NCBI RefSeq assembly: GCF_000143415.4
Contig: NW_003314309.1
Location: 551,459-615,458 of the forward strand
DNA length: 64,000 bases
Source of the DNA: Selaginella moellendorffii
Taxonomy: Eukaryota; Plantae; Lycopodiophyta
Reading direction: 5' to 3'
The notes under the pieces are model-generated. The model searched no databases. It was not told the DNA's origin and was given only the letters and a program-made list of their open reading frames with translations. Shown piece by piece: positions 39,374 to 50,571 of the stretch. The first letter of the stretch is position 1. Each line of letters begins with the position of its first letter. The position numbers were made by a program, and so were the translations under genes.

Positions 39374-42300
39374 TGTGAGGTCCAAGTGTATGGCTACAAT
39401 GGCGTATACTAATATTAGCATCATCAGATTAATTTCAATCCAGACCACTCACTCCTATATATAAGCTAAGGTTTTTAAGTTAATTGATATGCATAGTTTT
39501 TGTATTCCCTTTCTATATTCCATACACTCACATTGGTGGAGGTGAGGGACATCTTTGATTATCCCTAAGGAGTGCTTAAATTTGAAATTTTGGTTTGGAT
39601 CTAGTTTTTACATTGTCTAAATCTAACTTTTTCCATTTCCTTTTTTTGTTCTTTTCTTTCAAGATTTTGGTTTAAATTTAGCTTTTTGCATTGTCTAGAT
39701 CTCTCTTTCCTCTTAGCTTTTTTTCAATTCTCTTCTTTTGCTCTTTCCTTTTTGTTCATCTTCATAGCAGATCAACAATCTCCTCTTCCTTTGACTCTAG
39801 AGCAACAATTGGTACAATTGCTTGATGCTATGTGATTGCAATTGAACAATCAAATTCAATTAATAGTGGCATTCATGGTATATGGTACAACTCCTCCTAC
39901 TCTAAACAACCAAACTCAATTGATGGTAGCATTCATAGCATATGGTACAACTCTTCCTGCTCTTGGTGCCAATCCTTGTGTTCGGCCGGAGTTCTTTTGC
40001 GGGAATTCTAGGGATGATGTGTATCATTAGTTTGATCATTTCACGGTGATTGCTACATATCATTCTTGGGATGATACTTGACATTTGCATGAGTTTCCCA
40101 TGTGTCTCCAAGGGACAATATTGTAGTGGTACAATGGTTTGAATGCAACCACTCGTAAGGATTAGAGTGTTCTCCCGGAAGTCTTCAAATGCACATTCAA
40201 ACATGTCAACAATTGTGATGACACCTTTTAACAATTGCATCATCTTTGTCAAAGGCCATATGAATCAATGATGCAATTTAGTATTTGTTTCCAAAACCTT
40301 TTGTTTTGTGCAAAGCTAAATATGTTAGAGCGGATTAAGCTAGGAATGTTGTGACTAGCACTTCATCAAGATCTTGTCAGATTTGTGCATGCACTTGCTC
40401 CCACCACCCTTGACGATACTCTTCGCTTGGCACAATGTTATGAGACATTACCTCTTCCACTTTTCGCTATACGTCATTTAGCTCCACTTCCTGTGGGTGA
40501 TGATCTTGTTTCAATGGAGGTTGATGTTATTGTTGTTCGAGTCTAAGGACAAGGGCAAGGCCGTGGTCATGGCCATGATATTCATTGTTGGGCGTGTGAT
40601 AAAGTTGGTTACATTTATCGGCATTGTTAGTGTTTTCTAGATTGGTGGCCACCATTTCCTGGGTGGAGATCTTGACATCAACAACATTATGTTGGTGCTG
40701 GTACAGTGGAAGGTCTGGACACCGATATGCATCCAGGAAATAAAGAGTCACATAAGTAATGGAGGGACCTTGCGCAAATAAGTCAATGACACTTCCATCT
40801 TTTTTTTGGGAGTATCATCAAGGGGTTCATTTGGCACCAATTCATTCAGTGTTTACTTTCCAAACTTGTTTTTATAACAAATGGTCTCTCTATATTGGTT
40901 GATACAGATTCAAGTTTATCTTTTATTGCTTGACCTGTTGCCACACGTTGCCATCTACACTTGCGTCATGTGGTGGAGCCAGTTTTCATTCTTTATAGTA
41001 ATAGCCATATACATGCATGTGCACGAATGAGGCGAACCTAGTTGTGCGTGTGGGCGATCTCAAGTTTGGGTTGCAATTGTTGCAGGTGGTGCCAAGTCAA
41101 GCTTTTGACCTCATCCTTGGTATGGATTGATTGCAACGCAATCATGCCAAATGTGACTTTGAAGTCTCATACTTCCTTATATTTCATCCCCTTATCTCTA
41201 TTGACGACTCCTCCGGTTTTGGTATATCCTAACTACACTTGACCTTTTATTTTGCAAGTGAATGCTTCTGATATTGGTTTTGGAGGTGTGTTGATGCAAA
41301 AAAGCCTGAGTGTGCTTGGTCAGTGTCATCCCATTACATATATTAACCATACATTACAACCAATGAAGGTGAATTACTCCACGATAGAGGAGTGTTTAGC
41401 AGCAATATAGGGTTTTGAGAAACTTCATGCATATCTATATGGTTCTCAGACATTACTTGAAGGTGATCATGTTGTTATTACTTCATTATTGAAGTGAAAG
41501 AACGTAGTTGGTTTTACTGCTCGGTGGGCTTTGAAACTTCAGATATATAATTTTGATGTTGTTCATCACCCAGGGATTTTATGGTTAATGCTGATGCCCT
41601 TTCTCGAGTTCCTCTTTCTTCTCCACTCTTTTCTCATGTTTCTGACGAGTCTGTTGTTCCAACATCTATGGATTTTCTAGACGAGGATTTTGTGCCATCG
41701 GTGGTTGCTATATTTGACGTAGTGTCCACAAGGTGTAGAGCAAGATCTACTTTCTCTTGATGAGGTTCGTGAAACTCAAAAGATTGAGCCGTGGATTTGA
41801 AGGCTTTGAGATGGGTTTAAGAATCTTACATCACTTGCTAATGACTTGCCATTCTGGCATTTACATTTTTAGTATCGTCTTGCAGATGGCCTTCTTTATT
41901 TTGTGGGGACAGATCCTGATGATCCTTTACGGCTGGTGGTGCATTCCATTTTTATTCCACAGTTTCTCCATGCCTACCATGATTCTCTTATTCTAGGCGA
42001 GCATATGGGACATCGTCGTATGACTGAGAAGCTGCACAGGTCTTTCTATTAACCAAGATGTGATGTGATGTTATCTAGTATGTGTGTAGTTGTGCTTGGT
42101 GCCAAGCTTGTAATACTCCCCCTTGTGCTGCGGAAGGACAATTGGAGCCAATTGCAGTTTCCTATCCATTTGAGTTGGTGGCATTTGATCTTATAGAACC
42201 TTTTCCACGATCAACTGTTGGCAATGAATATGTTACTATTACTTTTGACTATTTAACTCATTGGGTGAAAGTTGATGCTCTTGCTAGTGCCTCTACAACT

Positions 42301-43510
42301 GCTATTGGATACTTCCTCCTTAATCGAGTGGTGTTCCAGCATTCTTGTCTAGAGTGGGTTCTTTTGGATAATAGTCCCACATTTATGGTTGAGGCATTTC
42401 ATATTTTGACATCTTGGTTGGGGATACGCCACACTTTCATGAGTGCTTATCATCCATTATCAGATGGTTTGGTGGAACGGCTCGTTCGAACATTCAAAGA
42501 AATAATCACGAAATACGTGAACTTTCAGCATTCGAATTAGGATAGTTATTTGCTGTCTCTTCGGTATGCATATGTCACAAGGGTGCAAAGTTCTATTGGT
42601 GTTTCACCATATAAACTCCTATATGGTCATGATCCAATATTATCAACAGAGCTAGGTTTACCTTCATGATTGCCACGTGTTGTCGATGCTAAGTCATGGG
42701 ATTAGTATTTAACAAGCATTCTTCCACTTGTCCGAGCAAAATCTACTGAACACTTAAGCCGTGTACAAATGAGACAACAACGGTGCTACAACTCCCATTA
42801 TCATTATCATTATTATTATGACTTGGTGTTAGTTTGTTTTCTCCATTTTACAGTATGTGGTTTATCTAAGGGGCTCCTTACTGTAAGCTCCTGAGTTTGG
42901 ACTTCCCGGGAGGTCACCCAACCCAGTACTATTCTAACCCAAGGACACTTAACCCTAAATATCCCAAGACCCTTAACCGTTTGGAAAAGGGGGCGCACTC
43001 TTATTCATGGCCCTTTCCCTCTATATTTGAACCCCTATGGATCGTCTCTCGAGTCGTTCCCTTTGGTTGCTTACACTTACTCAATAGAAAGTACCATATC
43101 AAGTATTGTGGCAAGTTGAACTGCAAGTTTATGAGGTTTGACATGACGTTCAATATGTTGATCCTCCAGAAATTGTGCATGTGCAATGGTTGAAACATGT
43201 CATACAAAGGGATCAGAAACAGCTGATACCACCTACAGATCTGCCGATGGCTTTTCTTGAACTTCCTCCAGATCCTAGCCCATCTATAAGAAAACCTTAA
43301 TGGTCTTCCAGTATTCTGAGAGGAGGGGATGATGTGAGGTCCAAGTGTACAGCTACGATGGCATATACTAATATTAGCATAGTGGGATTTTGGTAGCCAT
43401 TGGATTGATTTCAATTTGGATCACTCGCTCTTATATATAAGCTAGAGTTTTTAAGTTAATTGATATGCACATTTTCTATATTCTATTTCCATATTCCATG
43501 CATTCACAAA
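39374..43510 (+). mobile_element. Ty3/Gypsy LTR retrotransposon family A, degenerate, RT core missing, 3' LTR truncated
   Basis: 5' LTR from TGTGAGG (39374). Zn-knuckle-like CWACDKVGYIYRHC (~40585), protease ILVDTDSSLSFI (~40892), RNase H FILQVNASDIGFGGVLMQ (~41245), integrase CAWCQ...PFELVAFDLI...SAYHPLSDGLVER (42082-42540). PPT GAGAGGAGGGGATGA (43318-43332); 3' LTR from 43333. Confidence 0.85.
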
Positions 43511-45160
43511 GCCTTTTTATAGTGGGGAAAATGTGATTGGCTATTTTGAATCAAGAATTTCTTAATTGATGAGTTGATTTAATTTATGAGCTGATTTAAC
43601 TTAATAATTAATGATTTATACCATATTTAACTTAATAAATATTGATTTTTATTGATGAGAAAATACTTAAAAGAAACAAAAGTAAAATAAATCAATTAGT
43701 TTCTATAGCATATGTGATCTTGGGATGAAATTTGGATATACTGTCACCGTGGATCCTTGGAACCTTGGGGGATAAATGGGGATAAAATAGCCACTAAGGG
43801 CTCTTTCATCAAACAATTGCCCCTTTTCTAGTTGGCTTAAAGAGAAAGAGATAATGTAGCACACGTGGTTTCGACCCTTTATCCTATGGTGATTTACCAT
43901 AGGATAACACCACGAAGCGGAACCTAAACCCTCTTTGTGCCACGTGACAGATGCCACGTGTCACATGCCACATGTCCACAGGAACCCGAGGTTCAGGGCC
44001 TTGGGCCACTGAACGAAGGAACGGTGCCAAACTCCGAAGCATAGAGCCAAGGAGTGATGGAACCGAACCACGGAGCAACTCCCAAGCACAAAGCCCAAGG
44101 AGCGAAGGGACAGGGGCCCGGAGCAACTTGGAATAGTCCTGGAGCAACCAGCATCCCAATGCCAGGATCAGCACGCAAAACAGAGCCAAACAAAATCTGG
44201 CGCTATTTCGGCATACCGGTGGCCTAACGGGGGGAAAGGGGTCCCCCCCCCCCTCCCAGGGGGGGGAATTGGGGTTTAGCCCCAACCCGGGCGGGAAAAA
44301 GGGACGGGCCCCCAGGGGGGGGGTGGTTTTTCCCCCGGGTGGGTGGGCCATCCCCCCCCCCCCCCCTTTCCCTTTTAAAATTTGGGAACCCCCCAAGGCC
44401 CCCCCCCCCCCCCCCCCCCTGAGGAACACACGCTTTGGGCTTTCACCCCAAGCCTCCCTTAGTATTAGGAGTTAGTCTCTGGGACAAGCTCAAAACTTAC
44501 TAAATATGGAATGTCCCTAGATTGTGAATTTGGACATAGGACGAACACCGTTGTGTTCAGGCCGATCTCTACATTCCGTAGATGTGCCAAATGAGCAAAT
44601 CTGGACACTTTCCATAAATAGCATTTGGGACCGAAATGAGACTAACACAAAGGGCATGATAGCGAGGGTGTTTGGCAGACACGGTAAGTTATCATTCAGC
44701 GATATTGAGGGACCAATCAAGCTCTATTTCGTTAAAGTGGGAATTGTCATTATCCCACTTGTAAAATAAGGTTTCCAAACCTTTATATAGTATATAAATA
44801 TAACAAAATTCAACTGCATTGAGGCACATGCCATTTTATTTTAAACAAGGAAATGTCTACTCAATCACTTCTCCTCCCCTTGCCACTGCTTCACCTCTCT
44901 CTTCTCCTTGTCATCGTCGTCCAATTTCTTTCCATCCTTTTAATATTGGCTCAGTTGTTCCAAGTCTAGGTGGAGCCCAAGTCCCCATTCAATCCTTACT
45001 TTCCCCTTATTAATAAAACAACTTCGTAGACTTCCAATAACATGCTGTAACACTTCTAGTATAATGCAAATCCTCTCAAAGAATTGTCTTTTAATATTAA
45101 TACAATGGCATGGAACCCCATGCCATAATAAGTTACATTTTTAAATAAATACATGCCATC

Positions 45161-46045
45161 TCAGACTGTTATTTTTTGCCTCCAACGCCTATACAATAAT
45201 CTTGGAATTTCATCACTCTCCACACTATCAGGATTTAAACCCAATAGTAATGCCATCTCTTCTCTAATACGTCCACGCTCATGTTCAATGGTCGAAGAAC
45301 CCATTCGGTTGAGCAGATTATGGAGATGCGGATAGTGCTTGGCTAGACAATATACATGCCATAAATGATGACTGGTGTCTGTCCGATCAAATGGCTTCTG
45401 ATATACCGTTCCATCTGCCATTTGGTTGATTTCTGCAGCCACCTCCTGGACTGGCCGGTTCTCTATCACCATCACTTCAAGCCGTTTTGCAAGGTCCCCC
45501 AGAATATATGGTTTCTTCTCCCTAGTTTCCATACTGCAAGAGATGGGGTGCACTGCATATGTGTGCGTGTTCGCTGCAGTTTTAATCGGCGAGTCATCGA
45601 TGATGAGGATTTCACTTGACCTAGCAGTCCAATTCATCACTATAGCCTCTGCCTTGACGAAGATGGGCTTGCTACCCCTCACATGGACCATAGTCAAGCA
45701 ATCCTCCTGCGTTAGGAGAAAGTCAAATGGTAATATTACTCGCGTCTGATCGTGCATCATCTGTAGCAACGTTAATGCATTGTGGCGCATCATGGATGTC
45801 CAAACTCCCAATTGCAAATTGAACCCGGCCCTCTGTTTTAAGTGTCGCATGGTCATTATTAGATCCCGCAGTTTCTCCCGTGTGATTAATGTGAATCTGT
45901 CTCTTTTGACCAACTTGCGACCGCAGGCTTTGGAGGGTGCAGTGACATTCGAGGACGAGCCACGCTCATGGGAGAAAAGGACACTGTTCAGATCAAAAAC
46001 GATACAGTACTTTCGCCGTGACTCTGAAATGAAATGCGTCAGCAT
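45161..46045 (-). CDS. FCP1/NIF-like HAD phosphatase domain; probably the last exon (45161-46023) of the large transposon cargo gene
   Basis: IVFDLNSVL (motif I variant), LGVWTS, TQEDC, KPIFVK, ILIIDDSPIK. TTTCAG acceptor at 46024. Confidence 0.75.
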   Translation of the reverse strand: MLTHFISESRRKYCIVFDLNSVLFSHERGSSSNVTAPSKACGRKLVKRDRFTLITREKLRDLIMTMRHLKQRAGFNLQLGVWTSMMRHNALTLLQMMHDQTRVILPFDFLLTQEDCLTMVHVRGSKPIFVKAEAIVMNWTARSSEILIIDDSPIKTAANTHTYAVHPISCSMETREKKPYILGDLAKRLEVMVIENRPVQEVAAEINQMADGTVYQKPFDRTDTSHHLWHVYCLAKHYPHLHNLLNRMGSSTIEHERGRIREEMALLLGLNPDSVESDEIPRLLYRRWRQKITV

Positions 46046-46913
46046 AAAAAATGGTACAAGTCAATTTTACCATCTACAATATTAGCGAATGGTGCTCCCG
46101 ATGGTCATTCAGAGGGTTTTGGTCGAGGAAACGTGAAGGGCGGAAATACTCTCCTCTGCAATGTGGGGTCAATCGCATCCGATGGCGTGTGGGCACATGC
46201 CATTTCAGCTGTAGACTCTGGTACAACTGGCTCAACAGTGGCATGGGGTGGTTCCGATGGCGTGTGATCACACGCCATTTCAGCTGGTGCCTCCGTTGGC
46301 AAAGTGGACATGACCGAACAGGCAGCAGGGGCGGTGTAGGGAGGTTCCAATGGCACGTAGTCAGACGATTGGGCACACGTTGGAAATGAGGATACGACCG
46401 GCTCGGCGGCTGGGGCGGCCTCATGCGGGTCCAATGGCGCCTGGTCACCGTCAGTTGGATAGTGGACAAGATTGACTCAGTGGTATGGGCAGCATCAAGT
46501 GGAGCGTGGTCAGCTTGCTTGGCGTTGATATGGATAGTAGCCTCCACCAGCTCTGATGACTCTTGCAGGCAAGTAGAGTCCACTGGCGGATCCATATGCA
46601 TGTCCAAATATCTCCCTTCGATTGAGATGGTATCCTCCCGTGCTACTAAAAACAAACTTATTAGCACATTGAATCGACTATACTGTATTTACCATCAACT
46701 GCTATTGAGGAACTAGGACCGATATCACTTGGGCGCACTGCTGATTTTGAAGGATTGGACATACGTTTCGATCCTTGCTTGGCACTATCCTTCCTCGACA
46801 CTAAAGGCTAGAGTTTGTATCTTAATTCAATTGAATAATCTCTACTTACCATTTCTTCTGCGACCTACATGGACAATGTTAGAAATGGTAAAAGGTTAGG
46901 AATGGATGTACTA

Positions 46914-47519
46914 TTATTTACCTGATGGTTTGTCTTGTATGACCTTCCTCCGCTGCTCTTTGGCCACCTCAGGCTGGCCATCGTCGTCATCATCGTCATC
47001 GTCGTTATTGTGATCGTCACCATTGTGAGGACCATCCAAGTCCTCTTCGTCCTCCTCTTCTTCATCCTCCTCTTCTTCGTCCTCCTCTTCTTTGTCCTCC
47101 TCTTCGTCTTTCTGCTCTTCCTGCTCATTATCTTTCTCTGGCTCCTCATCCCCCTCTTGCATTTCTTCCATAGGCTTCTCAGGCTGGATGGCTTGTTTTT
47201 CCAGGACCATCTTGGGAAAATCATCTGGCCGAGTCTCCATCTCAAAATACAAGACATCCATAGCCTGTTTTAGTGCGTGACATAGGACCGTATCCTCACC
47301 CGACTGTCTTAATATGGTTTCTGCACGTTCTTGCACCCTTCGAAGACGACGAGATGAGAAAAACGTGGCCCTGACTTGAAAAGCATCCCTCATCCATTGT
47401 ACCTCTCCATTGAGATTGGGGAAGGGGAGTCCGCCATAGGAATCTGAGTCAGAAGGTGGTGACTGGCTGCTTTCACTCAGCCCTTGATCTGCAATGAATG
47501 GCATGAGCACACACGCCAT
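46914..47519 (-). CDS. Acidic (E/D-rich) internal exon (~46922-47488) of the cargo gene
   Basis: Bounded by a TTGCAG acceptor (47489) and a GTAAAT donor (46921); in phase 1 with the neighbouring exons. Confidence 0.55.
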   Translation of the reverse strand: MACVLMPFIADQGLSESSQSPPSDSDSYGGLPFPNLNGEVQWMRDAFQVRATFFSSRRLRRVQERAETILRQSGEDTVLCHALKQAMDVLYFEMETRPDDFPKMVLEKQAIQPEKPMEEMQEGDEEPEKDNEQEEQKDEEEDKEEEDEEEEDEEEEDEEDLDGPHNGDDHNNDDDDDDDDGQPEVAKEQRRKVIQDKPSGK

Positions 47520-47976
47520 AACCGCGAGGCATTACCTATCATCTTTTCGTTGCCCTTCTTCCTTTTCGAATCAAACGCCTCTGATCCCGACGACTGTCCA
47601 ATGTGCTTTTGCTTTTTATGACCACTGTCAGTTTGAGCTTGGCTGATGCTTGCCTGTTTTGCCTTTGAAGAAGTGTCTCCTGCAAGGAACGGCATGAGAC
47701 CACACGCCATTGCAAATATAATTTGTACCTCCTTTTTTCCTATTGCTTGTTTGTTTTTCCTTCTTCGACACGCCACCAGTGTGCTTTTCAGTCCTCGTGT
47801 CTGAATATTCACAACGATCTATAATCAAAATGGCGTGAGGCCTCACGTGACCTTACCTTGTGCAGGTTGTGAGCTCGGCCCAACATGGGTATCTTCAACA
47901 GTAGCTGTTAACGCCGTTTCAGCATCTGGGGGTGGCCACGCTCCTACATACAGAGCTTGTGAGATAACATTTAAAC

Positions 47977-50571
47977 TTAAAGTGTGTACTCACCAGGTTC
48001 GCAGAGAAGATACTGTTTTTCTTTGGCAACTGTAATTATATGCTCCATTGAAGTCACCTCTTCAATGGAGTTTGTCACTGCAACACACGGGACACCCTTG
48101 AGTAGTGCGGCTCGAAAGAATAGTCTGCCGCAGTTGTACTCGACAACACATTTGCCCTTGGAGTCGGAAGCAAGTGACCCACCCGCTATTGCGTTGAAGA
48201 CCCAGCTGAGCATTTCCCATGCTGCACCTGGAGCTTTCTCTGGATTCGAAAGCTCCATAGCCGTCTTCAGTTCCTCAGGCACGGGTAAATTGACCTCCCT
48301 CAGATCAATTCGATCGGCCTTGTCGAACGAAGCTGGGAAGTCACTCCAGTCCCACTTTGCTGCAGGACCAATAACAAGGGCGAGTGTGAAGATGCGGACA
48401 TTCGTCGGTATCTTCTTCTTAGCCATTATCCCATGGATCTCCCGCATCTCCTTGCCTTTCAATCGAGCCTTCACCTCGTTCAAGGCCTTCCAGAACTTGT
48501 GATAGGATTCGGAGTCGTAGATCATATAGTGGACTGAAGATTCCACCTCCGCAAGTCCCACCATTAAGTCAATGATGGAGCTGACTTCGTCTGCATGAGT
48601 GATCTCCTCGTTTGTGAAGTCCATCACACAAAAGATGTTCTTGACCTGCTCATCTCCGCGGGAAACGATGCTCCTCCACCTTTGATCCTCATCCGAATTC
48701 ACGTATACCCGGTAAGGTTCTCGATAGGCCTCTGCTGCGGGGTCGAGCTGTTTCTGAAGCCGGCGGTCGACATCCCTCTTAATGAAATTTGGATACTGAT
48801 CCAACTTCTCAGCTTTACTTTTCGTGGCATCCCGCAGCAGATCGATGAACTTGGGGGCCCCCTTCACGTACTCGTCGATGTCTTCATTTGACAAGTCCAG
48901 CTCTTCCATCATCTCTTGCGTGGTGTTGATGCTCACCCTCACCACGGCCACTTGCTCGAAGATCCAATCCTTCAATAGCGCACGAGCTCTCAGAGTCGTG
49001 CACAAGTCCTCGTATGTCACAATATGGCCGGGAGTCATTTTGGTCTTGTTGAAGACTACCTCACCACGTAGAAGAGCATTAGCCACTGTCAGAAGGTCGT
49101 CGTCGTCTAGAGACCGCGAGAAACGCAAGGCGTTGAGCTTCAAATCATTGGGCTTCCGGCCGTCCTCCACACCCATTGAGTTTAGCAACTCCCCGTCATG
49201 GTACCTCCTCAGCACATCTACCCATTTGTCAAAAACAACTTTTGTCGCGAGTAGAATGTTATGGATGCTGAGTGTGTCATTGACCCCCAGTGTTTTCGAG
49301 AGAAGACTCGAGAATTCCTGCAATGGAAATGGCGTGAGGCCACATGCTATGCCACATGCAACGAGGCTTACCTGCCAGGCGCTAGTTGCTAGTGCACGTC
49401 CTTGTCCTGGTTTTTGTGGCTTCTTCAGTTGAACCCAGAGCTTCCGTGTTCGTGCCAATGTCTCGTGCAGACCCGATTTGTAGCACGTTTCTTGCTTGAC
49501 ATTCTGCGCGTGGGAGATGTATATGATAGATCGGAGGGGCAAGTTGCCTTTTATCAGGCGGACAACTCTTGTCTTGAAGACTTTCTTCACCTCCTTGCCC
49601 ACCATAATATCCACAACTATCTGTTGCATCGCCAAGCTAGAATGCTGCCCGGAGACGGCATAGAACCGGATGTTCTGATCGTCCAACACCTTCCTATTGA
49701 TCAAGTCTGGAAACCTCGTCTCGCCCTTCATTGTTCGGTAGTAGGGGATCACGTCTGCGATGTCGGGTGTTACTGGACTTGCCAGCATCTTCTGCTTCAG
49801 TTTCTCCACCCACTCATCAGATACTAGCCTGTGGTTGTATTTGCTTTGGATCTCGATACGGCTCACGTCGATTGTATATACTTTTTTGGAATAGTAACAA
49901 GTACTATTATCTGCGACGATTTTTGCTGCCTCTTCTTGCTCTTTCTGCTCTTTGCGGCTCTTCTTTTTGGTGGGTGTAGTGTTCGAACCCGAGGCAATGG
50001 CATCACCGAGTAGCTTCTTTTTTGGAGCAGCAGAGTCGGACGTCGGCTTGAGCTTGACCACCCTTTTCTGCTTCGGGGTAGTTTCCAGATCGACCCCCTT
50101 CCCCTTCGCTTCGCAAACTGGAGGCACTCTCAATGGCTCAATGTTGGAATATAGTTTTTGAACATCGCCGTAGGTGAGGTCTGTGGATTCCATGTGATCT
50201 TCATAGACCCGCAGCGTCTTTGAAATTGTGGGCCTCCTGGACAACCTCTCCCTAGCTCCCTCTAGGAATTCCTCATAGCCGCTGCCCCCCTCCGGGAAGC
50301 CGCTAGGATGTGCAAGGTGAATCTTGAAGGCGGACGCTGTCTCTACCACAAGTGCCAGTCCATATTCTTGCATGGAACTGCATGGAGTGTCTGTCACTTG
50401 GATGAGGATCCCCATGCATTCTTTTCTCCCACCATCTGTGTTGTACAGCATCAGATCCTCGCCTTCCATCCCGAAAGTCCAACTGGTGAGCTCCTCCCCC
50501 TTCTCTGCATCCACATTGACAGTGGCTGGAAGAAGAACGCAATTCCTCGCCTGTTCAGAAATGCACAACAA
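47977..50571 (-). CDS. Main exons of the transposon cargo gene: ParB/Srx-like domain followed by a degenerate N4/N6 DNA-methyltransferase-like domain
   Basis: 864-aa ORF that includes an in-frame 54-nt intron (49318-49371). YNHRLVSDEWVEKLKQKM...FYAVSGQHSSLA resembles ParB (DGxHR-like). EK...MLSWVF...GKCVVEYNCG..FFRAALLKGVPCVAV resembles the C-terminus of beta-class MTases. Confidence 0.65.
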   Translation of the reverse strand: MLCISEQARNCVLLPATVNVDAEKGEELTSWTFGMEGEDLMLYNTDGGRKECMGILIQVTDTPCSSMQEYGLALVVETASAFKIHLAHPSGFPEGGSGYEEFLEGARERLSRRPTISKTLRVYEDHMESTDLTYGDVQKLYSNIEPLRVPPVCEAKGKGVDLETTPKQKRVVKLKPTSDSAAPKKKLLGDAIASGSNTTPTKKKSRKEQKEQEEAAKIVADNSTCYYSKKVYTIDVSRIEIQSKYNHRLVSDEWVEKLKQKMLASPVTPDIADVIPYYRTMKGETRFPDLINRKVLDDQNIRFYAVSGQHSSLAMQQIVVDIMVGKEVKKVFKTRVVRLIKGNLPLRSIIYISHAQNVKQETCYKSGLHETLARTRKLWVQLKKPQKPGQGRALATSAWQVSLVACGIACGLTPFPLQEFSSLLSKTLGVNDTLSIHNILLATKVVFDKWVDVLRRYHDGELLNSMGVEDGRKPNDLKLNALRFSRSLDDDDLLTVANALLRGEVVFNKTKMTPGHIVTYEDLCTTLRARALLKDWIFEQVAVVRVSINTTQEMMEELDLSNEDIDEYVKGAPKFIDLLRDATKSKAEKLDQYPNFIKRDVDRRLQKQLDPAAEAYREPYRVYVNSDEDQRWRSIVSRGDEQVKNIFCVMDFTNEEITHADEVSSIIDLMVGLAEVESSVHYMIYDSESYHKFWKALNEVKARLKGKEMREIHGIMAKKKIPTNVRIFTLALVIGPAAKWDWSDFPASFDKADRIDLREVNLPVPEELKTAMELSNPEKAPGAAWEMLSWVFNAIAGGSLASDSKGKCVVEYNCGRLFFRAALLKGVPCVAVTNSIEEVTSMEHIITVAKEKQYLLCEPGEYTL

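Noticed and set aside
44215-44420. G/C homopolymer-rich stretch giving a Gly/Pro-rich ORF or G-quadruplex
   Set aside because: Garbled relative to the homologous LTR at 6740-6945 next to a poly-C tract; most likely low-quality sequence.
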